DNA of 64,000 nt from Diadema antillarum. Its lineage: Eukaryota. The notes under the pieces were generated by a model, which was not told where the DNA came from, did no database searches, and saw nothing but the letters and a program-made list of their open reading frames with translations. Of the stretch, positions 13,166-48,236 are shown one piece after another (the first letter of the stretch is position 1; the number at the start of each line of letters is the position of its first letter). The DNA lies in contig NW_027271369.1 of NCBI RefSeq assembly GCF_040938485.1, positions 1,302,001 to 1,366,000 on the forward strand, read 5' to 3'. A program made the translations under genes and the position numbers.

Positions 13166-13646
13166 CGTTTCACACCGTCATTCCATAATCCATAAGGAAA
13201 AAAATGACTGCGCAGTGGAATGTATCACATTTCGTTATGTATTGCAGTCTCCATTACAGTTTCCAGACTGACAGCACACGCACATACGCGCACACACACA
13301 TACACACGCACGCACGCACAAGCAAGCATACACACCCTCAAAATTACTTTTCCAAGAGGTGCCCCCCACCCATGTCTTGACCAACCCGCCACGGTGTACG
13401 TCACTGGCTGCACCCGTTCGGTTATGGGCTTGTAATTGTGGTGATGGTGACTATCGCCGATCATCCCCCCCCCCCTCCTCAGCACGGATTTACGCCGTTG
13501 GTGGGGGTGGGGGTGGGGGTGGGGGTGTTGGATCCAATGTGGGCATGTCTTGATGGATAACGACACGGTTCTCTTTCAGTTAGTCCCAAACACATAATGA
13601 TATGGCGTCATCGGTCAATGCGATCCGTTATTTGTCCTACGAAGGA

Positions 13647-13647
13647 T

Positions 13648-13713
<66 letters not shown>
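13647..13713. repeat. (CA)n microsatellite
   Basis: Direct; another (CA)n lies at about 11524-11563. Confidence 0.95.
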
Positions 13714-13716
<3 letters not shown>

Positions 13717-16700
13717 TAAAAACTTCTGCATCATCATCATCATAAACACCGATAAATTGATACCTCATATACTGCACGGCAAACGCTCACCCTTTGTGTA
13801 TGACCCTCTTTCTTTCATACTCTGCTATACTATACAGACATATCTATAGAATAGCGTCGGGATCGTGTGACAATGGCACAACATTGTCCCTGGTCCCTCC
13901 TATTATTGTTGGATGAATGTTTGAAGGTCTGCGGAATAAACATATTTACTTATCAATATATACATGAGGTGTTATAGAGGTGTAAAAAGGGTACGTAAGT
14001 TTCCTCACGTTGTTATGAGCATGTCACGCTTATGGTGAACAACATAGTAAAATAAGCAGTGGCATTCTGTAAACAGGCTGACAAGCAGAACGGCATAAAG
14101 TGTATATCAACAACAAAAACAACAGACAACAAGAGAGAAGCACATCAGATCTACTTCTGCAACAATCGCAGGATTCTGAACCACAACTTTAAAAAAAATA
14201 ATGTAAGGGCCTATGGCTTTAAAGAATTTTACCAAGTTGGACTCACGACACATTGTTCATGGAGTACATCCTGAAATCGGCAGAAATTCGGGGAATGTAT
14301 GTTTCCCAACAACAATTTGATATAGGCCTAAATGTTTCTGAATGTATGGAAGCTGAAAAGACCCTTGCTCTAGCGCAATAACTTCTCATATGGCTGAAAC
14401 ACAGAGAGACAAACAAACAGGAAGGCTTAAACTACACGAGAGCCCACTCTTCACTGGACATGAATTCTGCCTCTAGTTGTCATGGCAACGTGTCTATCAT
14501 GCAATTTATAAAAAAAAAAATCAACAAAATTGCAAGAGGTCTTCAGGAGATTCTTCCCGTCGAAGTGGGGGAGGGGATATCATTGATCCTTCACCACCCC
14601 GGCCCTCAGCGCCCCAGCTTCCCCTATGACTGAAAATGTTCCACGGCCCCTGTAAGCTATGTGTAAATACTATGTAATCTTTGATGGACCTAGGCCTTCT
14701 TCTTTCGATAGACAGACTCATTATTTTATGACAAATAAACAGTGCCAACCGAACCTCGATAAGAATGTGCTAGACTTCCGCCCGGATGCCCGTCAATGGT
14801 TTAGAGGAAATGAACTCGAGATTTCACAATGGGATTGTTTCACTGCGGACGTCAAGGAACGATCGCTCACCGATTACTGGAATTTTGGCGGACATCATGA
14901 TAAGTACTCAGGATACAGGATCAATTGGAGGAAAAGTTGTTTTTGCATAATCAATGTGCATATGAGTGTGTGCGTGTGTATGTCCACGTCTACGAGAGTG
15001 TACGTGTGTGAAAAAGAAAGAGAGAAAGAGATATAGAGATAAAGAACGTGAGGAAGAAAACATGACTGGTTATACAGAGCACAAATGATGAGCGCCCATG
15101 AACGCGTTTCCACAATCCTGTCGAAATGACATAATATCCATTATTATGCATGATAGGTTTGGTGTGTCATATACATTTTACCTTGTAATACTTCAGTAGG
15201 TTCCTTGAAGCACGTTACATTGCCAAATACACAGAACAAACACACACAGACAGACACACATGATAGAGCTCGCGTGCAGACGCTTATTACCACGGCATGT
15301 CAAAAGAAAGGCAATCCCATTTGATATTGTGCTTTGGCTGCCATGTTTGTTTTTTGCTTTTGCTCTCCTGAATATTTGACATTTTGTAGGTACGGGGTCT
15401 TGTCGCCCTAGCGACTTTGGGGTTAGACCCACATGAAAATGAAGACAATGCATATCCTTAAACAACAACAACAACAACAACAACAACATCCACAGACGTC
15501 TTTCTGGAGGTGAGAATGAAGGAATAAATGGGCCTTGGGGAGGGTATGGGGGTGATGGGTGGAGTTGGTCATTGGTAGTGACAATTTAGCTTGGGTCTTC
15601 AGTCCTAGTGACATTAGCAAAAAAACCGCATTCATCAACATAATCAAGCACGCAGCCTTCAATCATTTCAACACCTTTGTCAGCCCTTACTGCTAGTATG
15701 CAAACAAGTGAACCAATCCTTCCTTCCGGATGTGAGCTCCGAAACTCTGGAGTAAAATATACCATTTCAAGAATATTATTACAAACATGTCCTCTATTAG
15801 CACTTCTAAAAGACATTAAAATATACGCTTGGTGTCACAGTTTTCATCAATTCATCTTAATCGGCTACACATCAACGTATTTGTGGGAGAAAATTGATGA
15901 TTAATATCACTTGTAATATTGTATGTAACGTTTTCCCCTGAATACATTTTGTGAATCTGCGTTGAACCACCAGTGAGTTAGATATGGCAGTATGGATGTA
16001 TACTTTCAGCACAGTAAGGAACACATATCATTGTACCACTGACGCCCATATTGACATTGTACGTGTTAGTTTTAACTACATGAGGGAGGTGAGTCACCTC
16101 ATACCATATATGTATGTCACGTAGAGATTTATTCTTCTTTGCTTTCTCCCTACTACGGTCTTGAAATATCGCTAAATTACTCTGTTTTTGAGAAGTGATT
16201 TATAAGGTATGACCAAATATCACCAAGTCATCCACCGTTTACTAAATTAATGAAATGGATTATCTATCACTACTTTGTTCGAACACGTCGAATAAGATGA
16301 ATCCGGTAGTTCGTAGATTTTCATTTTAAGTTGATTATGTTCACTCCTGTATTTTTCATAGCTTTGTATTTACGCGGTATCAAAGAGTCTTGTAGCATGC
16401 GGTTAAGTGATGCCTTTAAGTTTAGTATTAAGAAGTTTTGTAGCATATTTCGAGGATGATATTAAGATTACCAATGCCCCATGGACCTCAGGTAATGTTT
16501 GCAGATGCCGGACTGTACCAGCTGTATAGGATGACAAACTGTAAACAAGATGACAATAGCCATAACTTGCAAACTTGCATTGCAATCCAGTGCGAGAACT
16601 AGACAGTAGATTTCTTTTTTTTTTTCAGTGATCAGTTCAAATAATATTTGCTGAACTTTGCACTTTGAAGACTTACTCAATAGAGACTTTCTCTCTCTTT

Positions 16701-17133
16701 CTTTCATTATCCATCCCTTCTCATTTTTCCATTCATATTTGTGTTCATCTGCACACACTAACCTCGTAGAATGTCTGACGACTGCTATTGTTCTCACATG
16801 TTCCTTGGCTTTACGTCAGTCATTCGAACCACTATTTCTGAGTCAGAACATATACAGTAGGCTTTACGATGTTGCACCATGCACAAACTATGATGGCCCA
16901 TGGATCACCCCTCCACCAGAGTTCAGGTTGCCCTTTCTACCATTAACTATCTCTGTTTGTTTTCGCTGCAAGTCGTAGAATTATGGTATTCTTTCCGTAT
17001 GAAACTTAAAAAAACCTCCCTAAAGGGGTTGCCCACAATCCGAGTATTCACAAAATTTACTAGTTTTGCTTTTCATGTGGATTTCTTTTTTTCCATATGC
17101 AGTGTAAACAGTGTAATTTTAATGGCTTACTTA

Positions 17134-17509
17134 TGCCCCAGTCACATAGACATCCCGGATCACCCCGGACCACCCCGGATCTGATCCGGGGAGAGATCCG
17201 TGTTGAAGCCGGGAGGCCAACACGGCAACTTTTGGAGGTCAAAAACATCCGGCGTCATCCGGGGATTGCCGTGTTGGCAGATCAATCCGGGTTGGTCCGT
17301 GTGGCTGCCGTGTAGCTGCCGTGTTGATATGTGTAGATGCCGTGTTTGTCCGTGTAGACGCCGCGCTCGTCCGGCCTTATCCGTGTAGCTGCCGTGTTGA
17401 TACCGTGTGTACAGTCATACCAAAATCCCGGATCTCCCCGGACGTCCCCGGATCTCCCCAGATCACCGTGTAAATCCTTGAGCATCCGTGTTTATATGTG
17501 ACTGGGGCA
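17134..17509. mobile_element. PIF/Harbinger-type MITE
   Basis: 15-bp perfect TIR TGCCCCAGTCACATA / TATGTGACTGGGGCA flanked on both sides by TTA (3-bp TSD). The interior is built of CCCGGATC and GCCGTGT repeats. Confidence 0.9.
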
Positions 17510-18413
17510 TTAGTTCATTTACCAAAAGATAAAAACAAAATCATTATGATAGTATTATGCATATTATTGAAATTTGTGTGATTTGAAATTTTTTACTCAT
17601 GTAAGCGTTATGAATTGTTTTGCTTTACATGGAAATAAAATCAGTTGAATCAAACTGAATTGACTTGAATCAGCGTTGTCAACACGACAATGCCGCTCTC
17701 CCACAGAATCCATAAAGACAGTAGGCATACATATTAAAACAAACAAACGAATAAACAAAGAAAATTGTTTTACACTGAGGATGCAATATGAAAATAGACA
17801 GTTCAACAAACTCAGAGGTGATTCTAATAAATGGATTCATTTATGCACTTATGGTGATTAAGAATCAAAGTACCATTCAAGAGTGAAATGTTTCGAAAAA
17901 GCCTGTTTGTGGTTATACTATACCCCCAAATACTGAGCATTAAAAAAAAAAAGAACATGGATACATTCTAACCATTATTATTCATTGTGATTAGTTTTCG
18001 AGCTAACCGGGGTGGATAACGTAGTGCTTGTCCACACTTCGGAAACGAATATTTCCTGTACTCTACACCACAATTACCGCTTCTGGTTTTATCACCCTTG
18101 TTACATCCTTCACAATAATAATAGTTTAAAGAATCAAATAGCTGATACACTTTCCTGTCTTTTTGGTCCAGATAAACCCTCTTCATTAATCCATACTCGT
18201 ACTGAATATCAACTACGTACTAGTATTCACAGCTTGATTTTTGCTTTTGAAGAGACAAGAGGTAATGTGACTTGTTTATTTGATCATAATTAATATCATC
18301 ACTCTTTATGTTATGCGTGTATAGCAAATAAATATGATAATGCCATTAGTAGCCGCGCCCTTTTCAGACACTCTTGTCATTGCATTGTTTGCAGGTATTA
18401 ATTTGACATTAGC

Positions 18414-18520
18414 AGCTTAGTCCTATATGTCTTGTTTCAGAGGTAAGAAAGTAAAGTTAAGGGAGTCAGCTTAGTCTAATATGTCTTGTTTCAGAGGTAA
18501 GAAAGTAAAGTTAAGGAAGT
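18414..18520 (+). repeat. Local tandem duplication, 2 x ~54 bp
   Basis: CAGCTTAGTC..ATATGTCTTGTTTCAGAGGTAAGAAAGTAAAGTTAAGG occurs twice back to back. Confidence 0.9.
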
Positions 18521-18939
18521 AATCAAAGACAGGTGACTCACTGATGTGAAGCTTTAATGTGTGTCTTGTTGCCCTAGAACAGCAACTGCATGTGGAGGAA
18601 ATATGCAATGCAAACAGTGATTTCAAGGTATAGTCAAAGAATCGATGACAATCACCTATGACGAAGGATCATGGAAGGAAGGAACGTCTTCCTTGACTTT
18701 CCATTTTCGATCTGGTTCGGATGCAAGAAGGAAAACGGATCACGGAGGTTTATAAATAAGATAAACATCTAGAACGAAAATGTCGCATTTTATGTCACTC
18801 GGATTTCAAGGACCAGATCATAGCTACTGGGTTCATTCATTGGTAGGGAGTAAGTAGTTTGCAACCCATTGAGGGGGTATAAAAAGTAGATTTACATGGT
18901 TTTAAAGTCTATATAGATCAAAACCCTGTTCAACTTGCC

Positions 18940-19362
18940 TTAAAGGGATGGTATACTGTTTCGGTTGAGATGGGGCTTAAGGTTTCCAACGTTTCTTGAT
19001 ATGATTTTTTGAGATAATGAGACACCTCTTATATAATTATATATAGCATGAAAAAGCACATGATTCAAGAGGAATTCAACATTTATTTGATGAAAATTGG
19101 TTTTGAAATGGCTGAGATATCCAAAACATAGCGATCCTAATAAAAGATGGGACAAACCTTTTACGACGAACGCTTTGCTTTACTTTGTTTTTGGATATCT
19201 CAGCCATTTTAAAACCAATTTTCAACAAAATAACTCTGAATTTCATTTAGAGCTGTATGCTCTTGAAGAACCATGTTAACATTACATAAAGTGGTTTCAA
19301 AGAATCTCTCAAAGTGTTAAAAGATGAATCCTCACCTCAACCAATACTATCCATCCCTTCAA
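18940..19362. mobile_element. TTAA-AGGG (Kolobok/T2-type) MITE, diverged
   Basis: TTAAAGGGATGGTATA...GGTTGAG pairs with CTCAACCAATACTATCCATCCCTTCAA. There is also an internal inverted pair (AAATGGCTGAGATATCCAAAA / TTTTGGATATCTCAGCCATTT). Confidence 0.7.
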
Positions 19363-20290
19363 TGGGCAAAAGGAAACGATACAAACAGAACGCGTTAATC
19401 AGAAGTTGACAAAAGGGTAACGAAAACCATTATTATGTCTTCAGGAAACAGATACAGATTCCATTCACAGACGCAAATCAGATGTTTATGTCTCACGGGT
19501 GTCCCGCTGACTCGCGTACACATTTTGACTGATATATTTTCTGGAATAAATTAACAAAACAAAAATATTATGCCTCCCTCTACATCAATGATTGTAGCAA
19601 TTTGTTTGATTGACTTCGTACGTGGGCAACATTTAGTGTCTAGTTGGATACATATTCAGAGCAGGGAGGTAGGAGAGAGACGCTTTGGTATCTCACTTCT
19701 ACGACCCTTTTGGGATTTAGAGTTCGATTACAACCCATTCATGAACATCCAACAAAGTACTAGTATCCAACCAGGGAGGTGGGAGAGAGACCCTACGGTG
19801 ATTCAAGAATCATATGCTTGCCTCATATAAACTGTAAAATAAATGAAACCCCATCAACCTGTTCCACTGATTATAGCTATCTGCAGAGTGCCGATTTCAA
19901 TGGAATATAAGATATGGATCAAGGCCTTTTTCAGCGTAGTGATATTGAATGTATAACATTGGTATGCAGAATGGAAATGTGAACTACTGTAGGTTGTTGG
20001 TTTCAGTGTAATTCACACGGTGATTTCACGTGGTTTCTTGCTTGGTGGTCTCTTTTTAGAGTCCTGAGGCTATTCGCACATAGAATGATGTATGGTAGTA
20101 GAGTGCGTTCTGTACTTTTATTTGATTTATCTTTTGTCCAAGTATGATTCACGAATCTTTGCCCCAGCGATGATGTCACCAAAAATTGCCCAAATATCGC
20201 TGAAATTCTTGCTTCATCTTACCAATATTTCCTCATTTATTCGCTTTCAGATTCTTTGATGTGTCTTTTTCATTGAATGGACGCATCGGA

Positions 20291-40831
<20,541 letters not shown>

Positions 40832-40983
40832 TGTCTGTAACGGAAGTACGCCTTTATCTATGCATAAAAATCTGAAGTAGCAGCACCCAAACCAGACGAA
40901 TATCATGATGTATGTAAATCAAAGCGGCATGCTAGCATGCATAACTGATGCTAGATCATGCTGCGTCCCGAATCTCGAGCGAG

Positions 40984-40989
40984 AATAAA
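40984..40989 (+). terminator. Candidate polyadenylation signal for the GPCR
   Basis: First AATAAA about 150 nt after the exon 19 stop; motif only. Confidence 0.4.
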
Positions 40990-43471
40990 ACTGCTCCGTC
41001 AATTTTCTTCACGTACACGAACAGAGGGTGCAGTTTCGTTGCCTCAGACCAATAGAGAAACTATGCACAGCTGCTGTTGCATGTTGATTTATGTTTATCC
41101 ACGATAACCCCAATATCACTTATTAGGGCAATGAATATCTCAATACTTGTCACATACTAGTATTCTCCAATAATTTTATACATCCTACTGTTTTTCTTCA
41201 GGTTACCTGGATACACTCACAAAAAGCCTTCCAAACCAAGATTCTATCATTGACATCATCTGTTAATCACTGCTAATGTTATGATTAACAAGAGATATTA
41301 CAATAAAACATGCAAGTTATGCTCTGTCTGGGGGAAGGGGAATTACAATGTCTTTTATCAATCATGTTAATACACCGTACTTACAAGCAATGCTTGACAA
41401 AATAATGTCTTTGACAGAATCTTGGTTTAGAAGGTTTGTGGGCGTATGCAAGCAATCTGAGGAAAAACTGCATAAACGGTATAAGATAATAACATGGCAC
41501 ATAATTATTTACATATTCTTTTTTTGCCACATAAGCAATAATGACGGTATTATAAATCAATACAACTCTTCAAGCATTTTCACTGAGAGTTCTTTTAATT
41601 AGACGAGTTATTGCTGCATGAGAACTGCTAATCTACGGTTCGAGAGGGCTAGATATGAAAGAAAATTGTAATACTAATGGTGAAAATAATGACAATACTT
41701 CGCTGTAAGCTGGCGCGCCCGGCTGGTCTCTAGCTTCACCATACAGCGAGAGGGCCTTGACAAAAGGCTAGGTAGATAGTAACACCGTTAACATGACGTA
41801 TGTAGAACAAAAGTACCATGTGTCCGTGCCTGAGGTTAAATATGTACTAATGGTTTTGTCTGTCTCTGAGTTTGATTTTCCTGGTCCAAATTGGAAGGCA
41901 TAATGAATCTACAATTACTGACAGCAGCATGTTTCTTTTTCTTCTTTTTTTTTAAACCTTTCAAGGTAATAAGCTTCGATTGCTTCTCTTGCTTTTCCTC
42001 CTCTTCTTTGTCTTCAGTCTCTTTCCTTAAAGTGAAAAGAGGAGAACAGTATTTTCTAGAATGGGATTGAGGTCAAGGCTCTAAAATGTTCCGTTATAGA
42101 GAGGTTCCTACACGTGGCATGTGCTTAAGAACTAACAGCTTCAGTTTCATCGTGAATCTGTTGCTTCCAACTTTGGAGGCGCTCTTCACAACATCATGAT
42201 GCGAGTCTTCAGAGTGAAGTGTGATTGGAGCAATGTTCATGTCAAAAGTCAGTAATCATAATGGCCAGTATCGGATTCATGCGAAGGTGTGGTCTTTGTT
42301 TGTTTGTTTTCCCTTTCATTCCTGGGCATTTTAAACTTCTTACTCAATTTTGTTTACATACATATGCTGATTCGGATTCGTTAACAGTACATACTTAATA
42401 ATATATTCGTTGACTATTTTCCCTTCGGTGAACGGATAAGGAAAGACATCCACAAAACCCCGGTAACGGGTGATGTTCGCTATTCCGAAGATTTGTTAAT
42501 CCAAAAATGAAATAAGGTTCGTTATTCCGAATATATGTGGTGTTATTCAGAATGTTCATTAGTTCGAAATTCGTTGCATTTAAAAGTGAGTTTACCAGAC
42601 ATGACACAATACTGAATCACTTAAACTTATAGTCTCACAGTTTCATAGCCTTAGCAATATTTTTATAACAGTTGATATCTCTATTAGAATTTCGTAGATT
42701 TGTTTAACTAGATGGCTGGTCCACCAGTTAGCTTTTATAAAAACTTTATATGTGCTAAGTAATCAGATATTCCAAAATATATTAAGAAAAGGGGAAAACC
42801 TGACAGCTTTTTCAGAAGACGTTCCTGGCTATACATGTATTTGCCTCTTACGACTAAGAATTTGATATCAATACAACATGATAGTTTTACACTTTTGCAC
42901 ATCTTCCGCTCTTTGCTTAGCAATCGTCATCGTATGGCGTGGTAGATATCTCAAGTTCGACTTAACCTTGTTCATTATTGGAGTGTATTCCATATTGTTC
43001 TTGTATTCATTCATTTTATGTGGTGCATGTTACAAAAGTTGTGTGTCATGATAACCGCTTGATGTTGATAATGTAAATGCTATCACGGAAGTATCCTGGC
43101 TATATGACGCAGTGCATGTTGAGTGTCTTACATTTTACTTGAACACTACCAAAATTGATATTCGTGTTGCACCAGAGAAAATTGATTTGATTGATTTACG
43201 CATCGCTGTTAGATTGAGAAGTAATAAAAGCTTACGTAAGAGGTTACAAATCTTGTCTCGTCCGCTTCTGCACCATCTTTTCATTGCACCAACTCTAGTA
43301 TGTATCTTGAAAATCAAACAATCTCACTATAATTTCCAGCAATATTTATCTCTGATCAAAAGTGTTATGATAAAATACAATTAAACAAACATCTTGCGGT
43401 AGAATTTGAATTACAATCAGACATGATAAAAGTTGGAGAATAAAGGCTCCACATAATCTTATTACAGTCAG

Positions 43472-43682
43472 TGACAGTGCACTTCCGTTATAACCAACAC
43501 GGTTATAACGAAATTTTTGGATATAACAAAGTAAAATTCAGGGCCCAAAACTATTATCCTGATAATTATCTTTATATTCATTTTTGTTCGGATATAACGA
43601 AATTTCGATTATATAATATTAATAAAGAAAACTGCTGGTACGGTGAGGACGATTTATACGTTCTAACGGGAGTCGCCTGTGT
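43472..43682. mobile_element. Tc1/mariner (pogo/Tigger-like) MITE, diverged
   Basis: ACAGTGCACTTCCGTTATAAC ... CGTTCTAACGGGAGTCGCCTGT with internal ATAACGAA repeats. Confidence 0.6.
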
Positions 43683-45689
43683 GGACATGATTAAAAATGC
43701 AACGGCATTATTTTAACAACTTTACATATTTTATATAGTTTCGTTTTGGTAACTGGCAAATGTACACCCCTCCTTCCTTCAGTCATCACTGTGGAGTTAA
43801 TACAATTCTATAGATATCAAAAGTTCAGGATTTGACATGTGTTTTGGATTCCATGTCAAACAGGAAATCTGATAGAGAATTACTGTGCAAGCCAATCGGA
43901 AACGTATGTGGTATAATTACTGACGTCGAAATAATGAGTTATGTCAGTGTGCATAAAGTATATAGATGTTCACGATAAAGGACTTGACACTTGTAGTTCC
44001 GTGACTGCCTTACAGAATATTCTATTCTGATGAAACGTCGATAGCTCTGTTGTTTGCAAATGTTATTATGCGTATTGAGGTCAATTTTGATCATAAATTT
44101 GACTGTCGAGAGGACTCGAGATCAAAATTTGCGTTCGTTGCAGGCAATGATCATGTAAAAGTCGTTCGATAATTCTGAATTAGCTGTTAATCCCGAACCT
44201 TGTAACGTTATATTCTTGCAGATCGATGCGTTGATATTTGGACCATTCTTGCGACATTTTTAGGGATGGGCATTCTCTGCGGTCAGTGCCTTGACCATAA
44301 TGATTATTTCGTGATGGTTATACACAGCTTCATTTTTGGTCAGACGTCTGATTTAATTATCAGCGGTTTACAAGGTCTCCTTGTTTTTCACATTTAGGCA
44401 GATACATTTTGCATAATATACCGACTCTACCACCCGCACCCGCAAAACGACAACGACGACGACGACGACGACGACGGCAACAACAACAACCACAACAACA
44501 ACAACAACAGCAACAGCATACAACATACAATACAATTTAGAAAAACAAAGGGCGAATCAATAAGACAGAAAAAACAAAGAATACGAAACTACATCCATAA
44601 GAACAACACAAACAAATCAAAAACAAATTCACACGGTACCGAAAAAAAGAAAAGAAATGGGTGTTAAAGCCATCAAACAGTTACATAATCTTAGTAGGCC
44701 TATCACATATCAAATACCAACACCTTCAAATAGCACATGTCCGTATAATCTCCTAACGTGAACTGCATAATCTATGACAAGGTGGTATAATACCAGATTA
44801 TATCCGGGGAAAAAATGTGACAATGCAAAGCTATCATTGTCAAATTTTCTTTAGCCTCGACAATGATTTAGGCAACTTTAAGCTATCATTTGATTGAGGT
44901 TGATCACCTATCGTTGGATATGAAGCATAATTATATATCACTTAAAAGTGTAGCAAAGCATTAGCAATAAGTGTACTTAACGACAAATTCGTGGTTTAGA
45001 AAAATAAGTTCCAGCCAGAACTGTTAGAGTAGGAAGACATTTAATAGAGAGAAAAGGAGAGATGCTGGGAGAGACAGACAGAGGAAGAAGAGGAAAGAGA
45101 GATCAATTAGAGACAAGGAATGGAGGAGAGAGGAAAGACGGAAGTACAGGAGTACCTTAAACATGGACACCGAGTTGTCTGGCAGGTGGGTATTTTAAAA
45201 GTTTGACATCGCTGTTCCCTAAGACCTTAAGACCTCTCGATCGTTCATTCGTCTAAATCATCGAATTTCATCATTAGTTAATGGTACCAGCGTGGCACCG
45301 GAGTAGAGGGACGATTTGGGGCTTTGCTTGTTTTGACCAAAGGGGGTCTATGTTCATCCCCTTCCGAAGATTCTGGAGCGAAATGACAGGCGATGTTTTC
45401 TTCATAAGGAACATCTTCATTTGAGAGCAACTCTTCAATTTCAGTAACTTGATCTTAAAATCTCACACGAAGGTATTGTAAATGTGAGTTTCTTTTAGCC
45501 ACACACCACCGTGACACTGATAGCAGCAAGCAGACTTTCACATACAGTTTAGCAAATGATAGATAAAAGAAATATAAAACTGAGCCCCGTTTCATCAAGC
45601 AAGAGTTGTCATTGATTTCCGCGACTTATAATGGATAATTTATAAATTTGGATAAAACATTCACAGATTATGCAGTACGAGGACCCCTT

Positions 45690-45990
45690 TCCCTCCGTCT
45701 GGCTTTGAAAGTGTGGGCGAGGAAGCAAAAGAGGGCGCTAGAACTATTTTGCAACTTGCAACTGATCGTGTGTGATGTAGCAGTGAAGTGCAGTGCCGCA
45801 TGCAGTACAGTACGAGATCACTGATAAAGTACACATCACACAGCTAGCATTTATAGCTAGCTACGTACATATTGTGTACGCAGGTCGAGGCTGCTGTCCA
45901 CTGTCTGGTAGCTTTGTGCGTCCATTGTACCTGTATCTTGCGCCAATATTTCGTCAGTTGAGCAACTGTGTTGGCTGTCATCCTTTAAAA
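45690..45990 (+). promoter_or_regulatory. CpG-rich promoter and 5' UTR region of the CDS gene
   Basis: CpG-rich stretch directly upstream of the ATG (context TAAAAATGA), contrasting with the CpG-poor gene body. A partial CTCF-like AGAGGGCGCTA lies at 45730-45740 (weak). Confidence 0.45.
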
Positions 45991-46101
45991 ATGAGTGAAC
46001 TGCGTCAGAGAGAAGGGGATCAGGTCCAAAAGGCCGAAAATTCGACGCAGGCAGCGGAGAAAGTTGAAGAGAAACCAGCCAAAACCGACGGTGAAGAGGA
46101 G
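45991..46101 (+). CDS. Cds: Phosphatidate cytidylyltransferase (CDP-DAG synthase) exon 1
   Basis: MSELRQREGD...DGEEE |GTACGT; the N-terminus matches CDS2 MTELRQR. Confidence 0.85.
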
Positions 46102-47775
46102 GTACGTACGGACTCGTAAGGTTTCAGTGACGCTATGCCTATGGCGGAGTAGGCGGGGATACTTGTCCGTGGCTGCCGCACGCAGCACAGGCAACGAGAA
46201 CCGCATCGTACTTCTCGCTGGCATTTGCAGCCATACTAAGTAACGGTGTTAGAGCTCTCGTAAATTTTTATAGTATAGTGTAGTACACAATTTAAGGAGC
46301 AAAATAAATGTCAGGTGTTGTGTGTATGGAGGTGAACTTGAGGGCATTGAGCAAGAATCATGATCAAGTAACAAGAGACAAGAGTGTGTGTGGACAGTTC
46401 AGCATTCTTTGCAGTTATGAGTTAGACTATTACTGCGACAGACGGGGCCTCGCCATCAAAAGTGGGGATCCACAACACAACTACAAAACAATTGATACAT
46501 TACTTATAGACATTTGTACATTACTCGTGTAAAGTGCATGCTTATAATTTATATTACAGAAGGTACATAAGTCCAAGAGAGCCCTCACGATAAGTCCATT
46601 GAACAAAAAAATGGCACTGTCTAGCGCAATCCCCGACTGTCGGGGGTTCATCGTTGCACAATTCAAAATGGCACGTTGACCACCCAGCAAATGCAAATTA
46701 TGCATGCTCGTGTGTGGCTGGAAGTGCAGCGATCTACTGCGTGCGTGCGTTCTTTGGTAGCAGCACGCACGGTCCGATCGGGTGAACTCCCGATTATCAG
46801 ATGGACCGTTCGCACATGCTGCATATATAAATTATAATCTTCATTTTTGATAGGTTGTGAAATGTGTTTGTCAATATCAATAACATAGCTATGTAGTGTC
46901 ATTAATGAAAATTACATCTAATGAGTTTGAGGTGACAAAAAATGATGTCAGGTATCAAAACTCAAAGCGATCGTATAGGATCGCTGAGCTCTGTATGTGT
47001 TGTGGGTCGTTCCGGTACAGCCGCATTTCACTCGAACCCTTTCGCTCGCCACTATGCAGCGCGCAGCAAAAGGGCCTAGTTCAAAGGCTAAAATCATCGC
47101 AACTCATGCGTTATTCATATCGCCAATGCGCAAAGTGCCACACAAAGGTTGCATCGAAAGCCGAAGTATTAACGGGAGGGATGGAAATGAACTCGTAGAA
47201 AAACGTCTTTTCAAGACTACATGGGATCAATGTGGAAATTAACAATTGAACGTAAAGGAAAGAAACATGTATATTATAAAAGTACGGTAAGTCTTTTGCT
47301 GGTAAAATACGAAACTTATAGTGGCGTGAAAATTTGTGTTTCTTTTTCAACGTACAGAGATAGCACTCTTTTGACTCGGGGCGCTCCCACAGTATACAAA
47401 TGTATCTGTGTACAAGGAGCGCCCCGGGGTAACCTCCCCCCCCCCCCCCCTATTTATTTTGCCAGGCCTTTAGCTTTTGGTTATTGCTTGCACTTACAGT
47501 GTAACCATTATTGCATTGGCTCTGTGATGTCAAATAATGAAAATGAGATAATTCCACAAAGACTCCTGACTTTTGTGAGTGATAAAAGCAGAGTACATTT
47601 TTAATGGGGATCTGGCCTTCCAGTCATATTGTCTCACTCAACTGCTTGTCTCTGTTTTGTAGCTGTGTGGTACAATGTCTATACAGTACACAGCCCTGTC
47701 GCTGTATACAAATGTCGTTTCGCATGGTGTCTGGTCGGGCTATATAATAGTATAGCTGTGTGTTAGTATTAACAA

Positions 47776-48236
47776 TACTAGAAAAATACTCTGAGAGCAC
47801 AGACCTCCGCCAAGCCGCTCATTTCTACCATTGATCTTGTTCTTCCATAGCGATCAGTGATTTCTACGTTTACAATTATACACTGTGCTGCGTTAACATG
47901 TATGCTAAAAATCACACAATTTCCCAATATAGAAGCCTTGTGCTTACATCATCAGCATCATCGCAGCCCCTTGCCCAAGCAGAGCACATGTAAACAGTAC
48001 TTTACTTAGTGCATGTATGCAAACCTCAAATACGCACAGCTTGAATGCCCAAGTTCATTGACCCTATCCACCTAAAGACCAAAAGTCCTTTAAAAATTCA
48101 TTAAAATTCTTGGATCACTACCAAAATTTAATCATCTGTTCCTTGTGTCATTGTAAACTTTTTCTGTAAGTTTCATCCAATCTGTTCTCAGTCTATTGAG
48201 TTTCACTTTGCACACCTCCTTGGTGGAGGTAATAAC
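47776..48236 (-). mobile_element. HINE-like non-autonomous element in Cds intron 1
   Basis: The minus strand starts TTATTACCTCCACCAAGGAGG, has subterminal TTGGCGGAGG and ends TTCTAGT. Confidence 0.6.

Noticed and set aside
14659-15036. 125-aa ORF with protein-like composition (W/C/D-rich middle)
   Set aside because: No recognisable family and no convincing splice pair; it ends in a microsatellite.
15290-15420. Sequence shared with 50430-50545, suggesting a conserved regulatory element or duplication
   Set aside because: About 130 bp of diverged similarity 35 kb apart is most simply two copies of a dispersed repeat.
15480-15816. Minus-strand coding-like stretch (EMVYFTPEF...GCVLDYVDECGFF)
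   Set aside because: Short, interrupted by stops, and with no motif I can assign.
41950-42290. Minus-strand purine-rich stretch that looks like decayed coding sequence
   Set aside because: Stops occur in all frames and no family is identifiable; a translated search would be needed.
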